From assembly GCA_965140445.1 (NCBI GenBank), contig OZ223236.1:1984001-2048000 (forward strand): a stretch of DNA of 64,000 nt. Reading direction: 5' to 3'. The stretch's first letter is position 1. Each line of letters begins with the position of its first letter. This stretch comes from Candidatus Ozemobacteraceae bacterium. GTDB lineage: Bacteria; Muiribacteriota; Ozemobacteria; Ozemobacterales; Ozemobacteraceae. Shown here piece by piece: positions 30,542-40,783 of this stretch. A program made the position numbers and the translations under genes. Under the pieces are notes generated by a model. That model did no database searches and had not been told where the DNA came from. It saw nothing but the letters and a program-made list of their open reading frames with translations.

Positions 30542-30766
30542 ATGAAATTCTTTATTAGTTTTCTTATCGTATTTTTAGCAATTGGTTTTGCAGTTGCTCC
30601 AGCAGTAGCATGTGATCATGATTGTGGTAACTGTTCACACAGTGACGATTGCAATGGTGGCGATGATAGCGAACGCGGCGGAGATTGTGGCGATTGCGGA
30701 GATCACGGCGATCATGGTGACGACGACGATAATGGTGGTTGCAGCGGCGATAGCTGTAATATCTAA
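30542..30766 (+). CDS. Small exported Cys/His/Asp/Gly-rich protein
   Basis: AGGAGG SD, signal peptide ending AVA, own promoter and terminator. Confidence 0.85.
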   Translation: MKFFISFLIVFLAIGFAVAPAVACDHDCGNCSHSDDCNGGDDSERGGDCGDCGDHGDHGDDDDNGGCSGDSCNI

Positions 30767-30785
30767 TTAAATATTAGTAAATAAA

Positions 30786-30817
30786 CAAAAACCCCCGGCT
30801 TTTGCCGGGGGTTTTTG
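30786..30817 (+). terminator. Intrinsic terminator
   Basis: CAAAAACCCCCGGC-TTTT-GCCGGGGGTTTTTG perfect hairpin. Confidence 0.9.
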
Positions 30818-30824
30818 CTAGAGA

Positions 30825-32135
30825 GTGGTTTTCATGTTTCGATCTTTTTTTTCGCTGTCCAGTCTAACTGTTGCTTCGAGGCTATCTGGTTTTATTAAGG
30901 TTGCCGCATTTGCAGCCTTCTTTGGCAGGTCGTCTGAGTCAGATCTTTTCCTCGCAGCAATGTTGCTTCCTGATTTGATGTATAAATTCATTAGTGAGGG
31001 ATTATTGTCCAGTGCGGCAGTCCCAATGTTTGTTGAAAAAAAGGACGATTTAGACGACTCAAACAAAGCTTTCTGGAATATATTTTCTTTAATTACAATT
31101 TTTGCAGTCTTTCTTGCTGTTGTTTTAACTGTATTCTCTCAAAATATTTGTAAGTTTATTGCTCCTGGGTTTTCAAATGAGATGATTCAAGAAATGTCCA
31201 TTTTGTGGAGCATTATGTCTGTTTACTTGATTTTTGGTTTACAGTCAGGCTTTATGACTGCTTTTTTAAATTCCATGGAAATTTTCGCTCTTCCAGCTGT
31301 TGGGCCATTATTGATTAATTTTGTTGTTATCGGGACAATTCTATTTGCCCGTGGTGGAAATGTTCGGCATATTTCATATGCTTTAGTTTTTGGAAGCCTT
31401 ATCCAGATGATTTGGCTAATGTATCTCAGTCTGAAAAATGGAATTTCTTTTAAATATTTAAGAGAGTTGTTGGCTCCATTTTCTAAATGCTCAAAAGAAT
31501 TTTTGAAAGAAGTTATACCTGTAGCTGGATGGATATTTTTATTACCCTTTATACCTGTGTATGAGAGGTATCTCTTATCTATGCAGGCTGTTGGATCCGT
31601 TTCAACTATTGATTATGTTATAAAAATATTCAATTTGCCTCTTGGGATTATTTCTATCAGTGCTGCAAGGGTAATTTTTCCATATATGAGCAGGTTAAAA
31701 GGGGACGCAAAAGTTTCTTTCCTTTATCGCTCATTAATAACTGTTACGGTTGTTTTAGTCCCAATTATTTTCGCTATGGTCATAGGCGCAGAGAAAATAG
31801 TGGAAATTGTTCTAAAAAGAGGGAAGTTTAATCTGGAAGATACAATTGTTGCTGGAAAGCTACTTGGAAGTTATATTCCTGCTTTGCTGCCGCTCACATT
31901 AAGTCTTATTTTGAATCGATACTGTTTTTCTGAAAAGGATTTTAAGACTCCTTTTTTTGCTGGAATCATTGCAATAATATCTCAGTTTTTTGCTGGTAGT
32001 CGATTTGTTGAAGAGTTTGGGCCGACAGGAATTGGCTACGCCGCTATAGTTGCCTATTCTTCGCAAATGGTGGCAATTTTATTAATAAGAGCAATAAAAA
32101 AAGTCCCTGCTAAATTAAAAGCAGGGACTTTGTAA
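30825..32135 (+). CDS. murJ: Lipid II flippase MurJ/MviN family
   Basis: ASRLSGFIK, FGRSSESD, EGLLSSAAVP, IAPGF, LPLGII, RGKF. Confidence 0.85.
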   Translation: MVFMFRSFFSLSSLTVASRLSGFIKVAAFAAFFGRSSESDLFLAAMLLPDLMYKFISEGLLSSAAVPMFVEKKDDLDDSNKAFWNIFSLITIFAVFLAVVLTVFSQNICKFIAPGFSNEMIQEMSILWSIMSVYLIFGLQSGFMTAFLNSMEIFALPAVGPLLINFVVIGTILFARGGNVRHISYALVFGSLIQMIWLMYLSLKNGISFKYLRELLAPFSKCSKEFLKEVIPVAGWIFLLPFIPVYERYLLSMQAVGSVSTIDYVIKIFNLPLGIISISAARVIFPYMSRLKGDAKVSFLYRSLITVTVVLVPIIFAMVIGAEKIVEIVLKRGKFNLEDTIVAGKLLGSYIPALLPLTLSLILNRYCFSEKDFKTPFFAGIIAIISQFFAGSRFVEEFGPTGIGYAAIVAYSSQMVAILLIRAIKKVPAKLKAGTL

Positions 32136-32146
32136 GGCTTTAAGAA

Positions 32147-32965
32147 TTAATGCAAAAACTCTTTGCTGCTAAGTATTTTCTGGCGAGTTTCAAAATCTTT
32201 ATAATCACTTTCTGGCAAGAAAACTGTCGCATCAAAATTCTCGATCATATTAAAAACATAGGTTTTGTTTGCATTGTTTGAAGCTTCTTCCCAATTTTTT
32301 GCAAATTGAGAGAAGATAACAAAGTCCTTGGGCACAGAAATTTCAATTTTTACATCTTTAAAAGAAACTGGAAAAATACCCCATTTCGAAACAAGTGGAC
32401 CTACCATAAATCTTTTCCCAAATTTTTCATTATCGAAAAAGCGTGTAAATTCATCAAAGGCAAAGCGTTTTTTTGATTTTCCGGCTTTGGCAAGACCTTC
32501 TTCTCTTTCTCTAAGAGCTTTTCTTACTGAATCTACGCTATAGTTTATGCTTTGTTTTGCGGAAATCTCAAACTTAATTTCGGCATTGCTTTCGAGTTGA
32601 AAAGAGTAACGTGGGTTTTTTCTGTCAAAAGAGATTTTTTTCCCATTTATTTTTATGTTCACAGCATTGGCAGAAGTAGGGTAGAGGACGCGAAACTTTA
32701 CGGAACTTTTAACTAACCCTTCGCTAACATTTTTCAGCGTTACTTTTAAGTTTGAAGATAGATCTGAATTCACAATTTTTGCGCTTGCTTTACAATCCGT
32801 TACTTCAAATGTATCTGAATAACCTTTTTCAATAACTATTTCTGGCATTCTGGGGAGAAGGTTTTTTGAAGTTGCCATGACGCTATTGCAAAGCACAGTT
32901 GTAAGCATCAGAACGATTAATGCTGAAACTGTAATGCTAAGATTTCTTATTTTTTTGTTTAACAT
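32147..32965 (-). CDS. Exported hypothetical protein
   Basis: GGAGG SD, hydrophobic N-terminus, consensus promoter upstream. Confidence 0.75.
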   Translation of the reverse strand: MLNKKIRNLSITVSALIVLMLTTVLCNSVMATSKNLLPRMPEIVIEKGYSDTFEVTDCKASAKIVNSDLSSNLKVTLKNVSEGLVKSSVKFRVLYPTSANAVNIKINGKKISFDRKNPRYSFQLESNAEIKFEISAKQSINYSVDSVRKALREREEGLAKAGKSKKRFAFDEFTRFFDNEKFGKRFMVGPLVSKWGIFPVSFKDVKIEISVPKDFVIFSQFAKNWEEASNNANKTYVFNMIENFDATVFLPESDYKDFETRQKILSSKEFLH

Positions 32966-32995
32966 AAACCAACCTCCATTTGTTGGGGTCTACAA

Positions 32996-33024
32996 AGTAT
33001 AGTTACTTGCCTCCAACTTGTCAA
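32996..33024 (-). promoter_or_regulatory. sigma70 promoter
   Basis: TTGACA-17-TATACT. Confidence 0.75.
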
Positions 33025-33090
33025 AGCTATGGAAGTTTTTTAGTTATTGGGGTATCATTTTTCTTATATAAATAAGGAAAGGACCTCCCC

Positions 33091-33963
33091 TTGAAAAACA
33101 CAGTATTTGCAGATTTGCATGTTCATAGCACTGCTTCTGATGGAGTTCTTACACCATTTCAGCTCGTAAGCCATGCAACAGAAATTGGTCTGAAGGTTAT
33201 GGCCATTACAGATCACGATACCCTGGATGGAATTGAGGATGCTCGACTTGCCGCTAAGGACAAGGATATTGAGATTATTTCAGGTATAGAGTTGTCTTGT
33301 GGCTGGGAAGGAAGAGACTCTTCTATTCATGTGCTAGGGCTATTTCTGGTTGATGATGCCGGGCCACTGAAAAAGTTACTTGAAGAGCAACAGATTTCAA
33401 GATACAAGAGAGCTTTTCGGATCTTGGATTTGCTTGAAGAAACCGGGATAGACACTCAGGAGTTAAAAGATAATTTCTTAACTACTCCGGAACGAATCCT
33501 TGGAAGACCTCATATCGCAAGATTTTTGCAGGAAAAAGGTCATATCAATTTTTTCCAGGAAGCTTTTGATAAGTATCTTGCCTATGGTAAGCCCGCTTAT
33601 GTTCCTAAAGATCATCTTGATCCCATGGTTGGTATTAATGCCATTCATGAAGCTGGTGGAATTGCAGTGCTTGCTCATCCAGGGCTTGTTCCCGATTGGG
33701 CTACAGTTTGGTCCAGGATTTCTGGTATGCCATGGGATGGTTTTGAAATTTATTATTCAGAACATAGTTCTAAACAAATCAGATTCTTTGAAGAAATCGC
33801 AAAAGATAAAAAATGGCTTTCCACAGGTGGAAGCGATTATCACGGGGAATATGGAAAACATGCTGACCGTCTTGGAAAATACGGTTTAAATGAAGAACAA
33901 TATAAGTTATTGACCTCAGGAGTTGAGGCCAGGAGGGCTGCTGGAATTGGAAAAGAAATTTGA
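33091..33963 (+). CDS. PHP-domain phosphoesterase (TrpH/YciV-like)
   Basis: DLHVHSTASDG, ITDHDT, GIELS, GRPHIA, LAHP, GGSDYHG. Confidence 0.92.
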   Translation: MKNTVFADLHVHSTASDGVLTPFQLVSHATEIGLKVMAITDHDTLDGIEDARLAAKDKDIEIISGIELSCGWEGRDSSIHVLGLFLVDDAGPLKKLLEEQQISRYKRAFRILDLLEETGIDTQELKDNFLTTPERILGRPHIARFLQEKGHINFFQEAFDKYLAYGKPAYVPKDHLDPMVGINAIHEAGGIAVLAHPGLVPDWATVWSRISGMPWDGFEIYYSEHSSKQIRFFEEIAKDKKWLSTGGSDYHGEYGKHADRLGKYGLNEEQYKLLTSGVEARRAAGIGKEI

Positions 33964-35251
33964 TAAAAAACGGGTAAATCCCAAATCTTCACCTAAAACT
34001 GCTCCAAAAGGAGCGCCTGGAAAAGGGCCCAGATCAAAAGCTTCGTTTAAGGATTCTCCAAGGTCTCCATATAGCGCGCCTAAAAAGATTGTATCTAGCT
34101 CAAAACCTGTTAAGAGTTTAAATGAAGAAGCCGAAGAAAAAAGACCTCTCGGTCCGGCTAGACTATGTTTTATCGCTGATTTTAAAGCTCCACAGGCGTA
34201 TGGAAGAATATTTTCTGAACTTATGAGCGCATCAAGAAATTGTGAGGTTCCATTTTCCTGCTCAATGAACCCTGGATATCTTCATCAAAAAGATTTTCCG
34301 CTTACCAGTATTGTGAGCAAGGTCGTTAGAAGGCCTGATACAGGAAGAATAAGAATTCACGGAATGTCTGCTTTTGCCTTGCCTGACTCAATTGAAAAGG
34401 GCTATTATTGGGCTTTTACAGGTTTTGATGCAATTAATAGTAAGCGCGAGCCTTTAAAGAAATTGAAGCAGGTGGATAAGGTTTTTGTGCCTTCTACTCT
34501 TCACATGGAAGCATGTGTAAAAGCTGGAGTTGACTCAGAGAAAGTTCAAGTCTTTGTTCCACCTGTAAATACAAGATCTTTTCATCCCAGGCTGCAATGC
34601 CCCGAAAAGTTTAAAAAAGGTAAAAATTACCGATTTATAGTTGTTGGTGGTCCGCTCAGAAAAAAAGGAATAGACCTGATTCTTAAGGCTTTTATTGAAG
34701 AGTTTAAAGCTGAGGAAAAGGTTGAGCTTGTTCTGAAATTGACCCACATGCCAAAAGTTAAGAAATCATTTAAATATGAGATTGCTGATTTGAAGAAAAG
34801 GGTGGGGGCTCTCAACGAAATGTTCCCAAAAGTCATGATAATTGACGAAACAATTGATGAGCGTGAGCTTGCAGGGTTGATGGCTTCTGGAAATGCCTAT
34901 GTTACAGCCAATCGTGCATATAATTGGGCGCTTTCAGTTAGAGAAGCCATGGCTTGCGCTTTACCAATTGTAGGACCGGATGTCTTAAAAGATTTACTTG
35001 GTATTACTGATGAACAGGGATATTTCTTTTCAACCAAAAAAGCTAAAGTTGGCGAGAGCGAAATTTATCCAGGTTCTAAACCAGGTGATGTCCATGAGCC
35101 AAATATGGAAGAGTTTAAGCTTGCAATGCGAACTGCTTTTACCAATAGAAATCAGGCAAGAAAAAAAGGTCTAGTGGGACAGAGAGCGCTTAAAGCACAG
35201 CCAGGTTGGAAAGAAGCTTCTAGAGCTCTTTATAAATTGGCTGACGACTGA
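33947..35251 (+). CDS. GT4-like glycosyltransferase with basic low-complexity N-tail
   Basis: RKKGIDLILKAF, EAMACALP; AGGAGG SD before TTG 33947. Confidence 0.75.
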   Translation: MEKKFDKKRVNPKSSPKTAPKGAPGKGPRSKASFKDSPRSPYSAPKKIVSSSKPVKSLNEEAEEKRPLGPARLCFIADFKAPQAYGRIFSELMSASRNCEVPFSCSMNPGYLHQKDFPLTSIVSKVVRRPDTGRIRIHGMSAFALPDSIEKGYYWAFTGFDAINSKREPLKKLKQVDKVFVPSTLHMEACVKAGVDSEKVQVFVPPVNTRSFHPRLQCPEKFKKGKNYRFIVVGGPLRKKGIDLILKAFIEEFKAEEKVELVLKLTHMPKVKKSFKYEIADLKKRVGALNEMFPKVMIIDETIDERELAGLMASGNAYVTANRAYNWALSVREAMACALPIVGPDVLKDLLGITDEQGYFFSTKKAKVGESEIYPGSKPGDVHEPNMEEFKLAMRTAFTNRNQARKKGLVGQRALKAQPGWKEASRALYKLADD

Positions 35252-36732
35252 CTTTTTTGAGCTATTGGAAAGTTAAGTCTAAAGGAAGTTCCTACATTTT
35301 CTTTAGACTTAACTGTTATAGTTCCTTTTAATAATTGCACAAGTCTGTAAGAAACTGCCAGACCTAACCCGGTTCCTTTCCAATCTCTTTTGGTGGTAAA
35401 GAACGGATCAAAAATTTGTTCTAATTGTGATTCGGGGATACCACAACCTGAATCTTTGATTTCTATAAAGACCGTGTCTCTCTCAATATCTTTTACCAGG
35501 CGAACTTTTATATAGCCTTCGCCCAGGATAGCCTGAGAAGAATTGAGTAAAAGATTTACCATTACCTGCTGGAACTGGTTTTTACTCCCGGTAAGGGTCA
35601 AATCTTCGTTTGAATGCTCAAAATCAATCTTGATTTGATCATTTTCTTTCTGGTAGCTGACCAGCTTGAGGGTTTCTTCTATCGCTGGTACTAAACTAAA
35701 TGAACCGGATTCAGCACGTTCCTGTCTTGAAAAAACTCGCAAGTCCTCAATAATTCTTGATATTCGCCCTATGTTAGTCAATACGAGGTCTAGAAGGTCT
35801 TCCCGTTTGTCTATGCTAATGCTGGACTTTTTAAGAATCTGTATGGCATTAGAAATCCCGGTTAGAGGATTATTTATCTCATGAGCGATACCAGCAGTTA
35901 AGATTCCTAACGAATTGATCTTTTCAGCTCTGGTAAGAACCTTTTCCATATTATATTTTTCGGTCACGTCTCTGATAACAATTTGAACCATCGGAACTTT
36001 TGTGCCCTGAGATTCGGCAGGAATACCTCTGATTTCCAGAAATACGCTTTGCTCATTGCCTAGAAAAAAAGACAGATTCCTTGTTACTAAAAGATTACTT
36101 CCCTTGACCTTATCTATGAGTAGTTCTATTTCTTCAAATAATGGGGACAAAAGTAAAAGCTCTTTTATGCTTTGCCCATTAGTTATAGGAAGATTCTTAA
36201 ATGGAAGAATTGATTTCAATCGCCTATTGAAAAATACCAGCTCTGATTCTGGCGAAAAGAGAAGGATTCCATCTGGAGAATGCTCAATAAGCTGTCTATA
36301 TCTTTTTTCTGACAGCTCCAGGTCTTTTTTCAAAGAGTCGATTCTTAGATGCGCTTCAATTCTTGCCAGAAGTTCGCTGCTGGAAAAGGGTTTTACCAGA
36401 AAATCATCTGCACCAGCATTGAAGCCTTCTAGCTTTTCTTCCAGAGAGCCTTTGGCTGTAATAAAGATAACTCTTATTGAGCTGGTTTCCTTGTTTGCTC
36501 TGATCCTTCTGCAAACCTCAAACCCATCAAGCCTTGGCATCATAACGTCAAGTAAAACGAGGGCTGGCTTTTCCTCTTTTATTTTTTCAAGCGCTTCAAT
36601 ACCGTCATAAGCTTGGCGCGCCTCATAGCCAGAAATAGCCAAGGTTTCAAATAGGTAGTCGCTAATATCTGGCTCATCCTCGATTATAAGTATTTTTTTT
36701 AAATACTCAGAGGAATTTGTGGAGGGTTGCAT
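35230..36732 (-). CDS. Receiver-PAS-histidine kinase
   Basis: [45 protein letters not shown]. Confidence 0.93.
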   Translation of the reverse strand: MQPSTNSSEYLKKILIIEDEPDISDYLFETLAISGYEARQAYDGIEALEKIKEEKPALVLLDVMMPRLDGFEVCRRIRANKETSSIRVIFITAKGSLEEKLEGFNAGADDFLVKPFSSSELLARIEAHLRIDSLKKDLELSEKRYRQLIEHSPDGILLFSPESELVFFNRRLKSILPFKNLPITNGQSIKELLLLSPLFEEIELLIDKVKGSNLLVTRNLSFFLGNEQSVFLEIRGIPAESQGTKVPMVQIVIRDVTEKYNMEKVLTRAEKINSLGILTAGIAHEINNPLTGISNAIQILKKSSISIDKREDLLDLVLTNIGRISRIIEDLRVFSRQERAESGSFSLVPAIEETLKLVSYQKENDQIKIDFEHSNEDLTLTGSKNQFQQVMVNLLLNSSQAILGEGYIKVRLVKDIERDTVFIEIKDSGCGIPESQLEQIFDPFFTTKRDWKGTGLGLAVSYRLVQLLKGTITVKSKENVGTSFRLNFPIAQKSQSSANL

Positions 36733-36741
36733 TTTTGGTTA

Positions 36742-38022
36742 TTAGCCCCTTACGAAGAGTCCAAGAGTTTCCATGTGGAAGGTTCCAGGGAAAAGATCGA
36801 AAGAATGCACTCTTTCAAGTTTATAACCCATGGCTTTAATATGTTTGGCATCGCGTCTGAAAGTCATCGGGTTGCAGGAAAGATAAGTTATTACTTTCGG
36901 TTTTATGCCGGACATACCACGTAAAACTCTCTGAGAAAGCCCTGTGCGAGGTGGATTAAGATGAACAGCAGCAATAACACCCTTTGTCATTTGGGTATTA
37001 AAAATCCCTTCTGCTTTTCTGCAAAGGAACTTTGCTCTTGAAGAACTTCTGGTTCTTTGGAAATTCACAGCATCATTATAAGACGACTGATTACATTCTA
37101 CGCCGTAGGTTTCTTCGAAAAGGTTTTCAAGAAGAAATGTCTGAATGCCGCATCCACAATACAAATCCAAGAATTTTCCTTTGTGCTGAAAGCTTGTATA
37201 AATAGAAATTAATGTATACAGAATGGCTTCAGCGCCCTCCAGATTGTTTTGGAAAAACGATTTTGCAGAAATATTCCAGTTCTTCTTCATAAAATTGAAA
37301 AGCCCGTTATTTCTCATTTGAGTGATTAGACTGTTGCCTTCAAAAACAACTTCAAGGCGGCTGAGAGACTCGGTTTTTTCAAAGTAATCCTGCAAAGATT
37401 CAAGCTCTTCAGGGGCAGCTTCTTCTTTTAAGTTAACAAGTATTTGCTGAATTGGGGCCAGAGTTCTCACCTGGATGTTTTCAATCTTGGCGGCCAATTT
37501 GGAGTTTTTCTTCAGATTCAGAAGTTTTTCCAGATCTCCGAAAATTACCATGTTTTCTTCGCATTGAACTATACAGCCTTTAAGGGAAACAACCTCGTGG
37601 CTTCTATACTTATAGTTGCCTAGAGTTACCTTGCCATTTTCGTCAATTGCGACTTTCAAATCCATTTTGTTTCTGTAACCTCTTATAGCAAGAGGCTCCA
37701 TTGGATAAAGGTGTTTTGGATGAAGTGGATTTAATATAAAGCCAACAATGGTTTCTTTTTCCCTTCTTTGCGTTTCAGGGGTTAAATGAAGCCAGTGACA
37801 ACCACCGCATTCAGGAAAATTTGGACATGGAGATTCTCTACGCTCTGGAGATGGCTCAAGAATTTCTTTGATTTCACCACGAAGGTAATCATTTTTTTCC
37901 TCAGTAATTTCTATGTTGGCAACATCGCCAGGAGCTCCGTAAGGAATAAAAACTACTTTGCCATCTATGTGCGCGAGGGAATCAATTCCATAGGTCATTT
38001 TTTCAATATTAACTTTATGCAT
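36742..38022 (-). CDS. TRAM-domain 23S rRNA m5U methyltransferase (RlmD/RlmCD family)
   Basis: TRAM N-terminus, CPNFPECGGC, SFFQNN, DLYCGCG, NPPRTGL, YLSCNP. Confidence 0.88.
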   Translation of the reverse strand: MHKVNIEKMTYGIDSLAHIDGKVVFIPYGAPGDVANIEITEEKNDYLRGEIKEILEPSPERRESPCPNFPECGGCHWLHLTPETQRREKETIVGFILNPLHPKHLYPMEPLAIRGYRNKMDLKVAIDENGKVTLGNYKYRSHEVVSLKGCIVQCEENMVIFGDLEKLLNLKKNSKLAAKIENIQVRTLAPIQQILVNLKEEAAPEELESLQDYFEKTESLSRLEVVFEGNSLITQMRNNGLFNFMKKNWNISAKSFFQNNLEGAEAILYTLISIYTSFQHKGKFLDLYCGCGIQTFLLENLFEETYGVECNQSSYNDAVNFQRTRSSSRAKFLCRKAEGIFNTQMTKGVIAAVHLNPPRTGLSQRVLRGMSGIKPKVITYLSCNPMTFRRDAKHIKAMGYKLERVHSFDLFPGTFHMETLGLFVRG

Positions 38023-38187
38023 AAAATAAATTTTCCTGATTAGGGTTTAAAACTAAAATTTAAAGACGGTAAAAAAAAGAAGACATTTCTGGCACAATTT
38101 CCAGAAACCAGGCTCAAAATACCTTATTAATGCGTTGTTTGTCAATTATTTCAGTAAGAATTAGTTCTTTTATTACCTGAGTAAGTG

Positions 38188-38196
38188 TGGTATAAT
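38188..38196 (+). promoter_or_regulatory. Extended -10 promoter of rpsO-pnp
   Basis: TGGTATAAT (TGn-TATAAT). Confidence 0.65.
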
Positions 38197-38206
38197 TCTT
38201 CCACTG

Positions 38207-38248
38207 TAAGTCTAGGTGTGTACCGAACTCGGGCATTGCTTGGATTTA
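38207..38248 (+). promoter_or_regulatory. Candidate rpsO leader hairpin (S15 autoregulation)
   Basis: TAAGTCTAGG pairs with CTTGGATTTA (G-U rich) enclosing CCG-AACT-CGG. Confidence 0.45.
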
Positions 38249-38273
38249 TCAATATATTAAAGGAGATTTTTTT

Positions 38274-38543
38274 ATGTCAATCACAAAAGATGTGAAAACC
38301 CAGGTAATCGAAGAATACAAAACTTCAGAAAAAGACACTGGTTCACCAGAAGTTCAGGTAGCTATCCTCACTAAGAGAATCAACACTCTTGCTTCTCATT
38401 TTGAAGTTAATCCTAAAGATCATCATTCAAGACGCGGACTGCTCAAAATGATCGGTGCTAGAAAAAGACATCTCGCATATTTGAAAAGAAAAGATGTTGC
38501 CAGATATCAGCAGTTGATCAAGAGCCTCGGATTGCGCCGCTAA
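38274..38543 (+). CDS. rpsO: 30S ribosomal protein S15
   Basis: [25 protein letters not shown]. Confidence 0.98.
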   Translation: MSITKDVKTQVIEEYKTSEKDTGSPEVQVAILTKRINTLASHFEVNPKDHHSRRGLLKMIGARKRHLAYLKRKDVARYQQLIKSLGLRR

Positions 38544-38557
38544 TTTAAGGATAAATA

Positions 38558-40684
38558 ATGCAGAAACCAATAGAAATTGTAGCCTGTGATCTAGGTAACC
38601 AAAAGATCGCTTTTGAAACTGGCTTGCTTGCTGGACAGGCAGCTGGTTCTGTTATCGCTAGATGCGGTGACTCTGTGGTACTTGCCGCTGTCGTTTGTAG
38701 TAAAGAAGCTAAAGATGGTTGCGACTTTCTCCCTCTGACTGTTGATTATTCAGAAAGAGCATACGCAGCTGGAAAAATCCCTGGTGGATTCTTTAAGCGC
38801 GAAGGAAGACCATCTACTGGTGAAATTCTTACCTGTAGATTGATTGACCGTCCACTTAGACCAATGTTCCCTGAGCATTACCACAATGATGTTCAGGTTG
38901 CTACTTATGTCATTTCCTATGACAAAGTAAATCAGGTTGACTTGCTTGCCATGAACGCTTCAAGTTGTGCTCTGATGATTTCCGAAATCCCTCTTACTGA
39001 GGCAATCGGATCTGTAAGAATTGGAAAAATTGATGGGCAGTTGATTTTGAATCCTTCTTCTACTCAGCTGGAAGAATCAACCATTGATATGGTTGTTGCC
39101 GGAACAAAAATTGCTATAACCATGGTTGAATCAGGATCTAAAGAAGTTTCTGAAGAAGAACTCCTTGAAGCTCTTGCATTTGCCCATGAAAATATCAAAA
39201 AGATTTGTGCCGCACAGGAAGAACTTGCTGCAAAAATCGGGAAACCAAAAACTGAAGTTCCTGATCCAGAACCAGAACCAGAAGTTGAAGAAGTTGTTAA
39301 AAGCGGACTTGGTGCAGACATTAAGGATGCTTTAAACACTCCTGATAAAGCAGAGCGTGTTGAAAAGTTCAGAATGATTTCTGCCAAGCTTCCAGTAATT
39401 CTAGTCGAAAAACTCGGCGAAGAAGTTGGAGCTGCAAAATTAAATACTGGAAAAAGAATTCTTGAAGAAACTATCTACACTGAAATGAGAAGAATGATTC
39501 TCGAAGAAGGTCGTAGAATAGATAACAGAAAGCTTAATGAAATTAGACCTATTTCATGTGCTGCTGGTATTCTTCCTAGAACTCATGGTTCAGCTCTTTT
39601 CACCAGAGGACAGACCCAGTCACTGGGCGTTGTTACTCTTGGCGCAACTAGCGACTCTCTGATTATTGATGGACTTGATCCAGAAACCAGAAAGAAATTC
39701 TATCTCCATTACAATTTCCCTCCATTCTCGGTTGGCGAAGCCAGACCAATGAGAAGCCCTGGAAGAAGAGAAATTGGACATGGCGCTTTGGCAGAAAGAG
39801 CTCTTGCTCAAGTTATGCCAGAAGCATCAGAATTTCCTTACACAGTTAGAATCGTAAGTGAAATCCTTTCTAGCAACGGTAGCTCATCAATGGCTTCTGT
39901 TTGTTCTGGAAGCTTGTCTCTTATGGACGCTGGTGTTCCAATAAAAGCTCCTGTTGCAGGTATCGCAATGGGTCTGATCAAAGAAAATGATAACTTCAAA
40001 ATCCTAAGTGATATTCTTGGTGATGAAGATCATTTCGGAGATATGGACTTCAAGGTTGCTGGTACTGAAAAAGGCGTAAGCGCACTTCAGATGGATATCA
40101 AAATCAACGGCGTTACTCTTGAAATTATGAGAACTGCTCTTGCTCAGGCAAAAGAAGGCAGACTTCACATTCTTGGCGAAATGAATAAAGCTATTCAGAC
40201 TCCAAGAGAAGATCTCTCACAATTTGCACCAAGAATCGTTACAATTGAAATTGATCCAGAAAAAATGCGAAACGTTATTGGACCTGGTGGAAAAACTATC
40301 CGCAAAATCACTGAAGAAACCAAGGTTTCAATTGAAACAGGCGATGATGGAAAGATTTTGATTATGAGCCCGGATGGAGCTGCAAATCAAAAAGCTATCG
40401 AAATGATTCGCTTGATTACTGAAGATGCAGAAGTTGGAAAAATTTATACAGGAAAAGTAAAACGAATTATGAAGTTCGGCGCTTTTGTTGAAATTCTTCC
40501 TGGCATCGAAGGTATGGTTCACATCAGTCAGCTTGAAGATCGTCGTGTTAACGAAGTTGAAGATGTTGTAAACATCGGAGATGAAGTTAGAGTTAAAGTT
40601 ATTGAAATAGATGGCCAGGGAAGAGTAAATCTTTCCAGAAAAGCTGCTATGGAAAGTGACAAAGCCGACGCTCCAGCAGAATAG
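38558..40684 (+). CDS. pnp: Polyribonucleotide nucleotidyltransferase
   Basis: KIPGGFFKREGRP, RREIGHGALA, SNGSSSMAS, GDMDFKVAG, KH and S1 domains. Confidence 0.98.
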   Translation: MQKPIEIVACDLGNQKIAFETGLLAGQAAGSVIARCGDSVVLAAVVCSKEAKDGCDFLPLTVDYSERAYAAGKIPGGFFKREGRPSTGEILTCRLIDRPLRPMFPEHYHNDVQVATYVISYDKVNQVDLLAMNASSCALMISEIPLTEAIGSVRIGKIDGQLILNPSSTQLEESTIDMVVAGTKIAITMVESGSKEVSEEELLEALAFAHENIKKICAAQEELAAKIGKPKTEVPDPEPEPEVEEVVKSGLGADIKDALNTPDKAERVEKFRMISAKLPVILVEKLGEEVGAAKLNTGKRILEETIYTEMRRMILEEGRRIDNRKLNEIRPISCAAGILPRTHGSALFTRGQTQSLGVVTLGATSDSLIIDGLDPETRKKFYLHYNFPPFSVGEARPMRSPGRREIGHGALAERALAQVMPEASEFPYTVRIVSEILSSNGSSSMASVCSGSLSLMDAGVPIKAPVAGIAMGLIKENDNFKILSDILGDEDHFGDMDFKVAGTEKGVSALQMDIKINGVTLEIMRTALAQAKEGRLHILGEMNKAIQTPREDLSQFAPRIVTIEIDPEKMRNVIGPGGKTIRKITEETKVSIETGDDGKILIMSPDGAANQKAIEMIRLITEDAEVGKIYTGKVKRIMKFGAFVEILPGIEGMVHISQLEDRRVNEVEDVVNIGDEVRVKVIEIDGQGRVNLSRKAAMESDKADAPAE

Positions 40685-40694
40685 TTAATTAAAG

Positions 40695-40733
40695 AAAAAC
40701 CCTCGAAGCGAAATTTCGCTTCGAGGGTTTTTT
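40695..40733. terminator. Bidirectional intrinsic terminator
   Basis: AAAAACCCTCGAAGCGAA/TTCGCTTCGAGGGTTTTT between convergent genes. Confidence 0.9.
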
Positions 40734-40783
40734 GTTTTTAATTAAGTTTGAAAGAGTTACGAATTATAGCTTTTGGTTAAAAA

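Noticed and set aside
30690..30735. Short GGCGAT/GACGAC repeats as a CRISPR or VNTR
   Set aside because: They are codon-level repeats of Gly-Asp-Cys/His within the small protein, with no repeat-spacer pattern
39260..39290. CCAGAA tandem repeat in pnp
   Set aside because: It encodes a Pro-Glu linker in frame; no sign of phase variation
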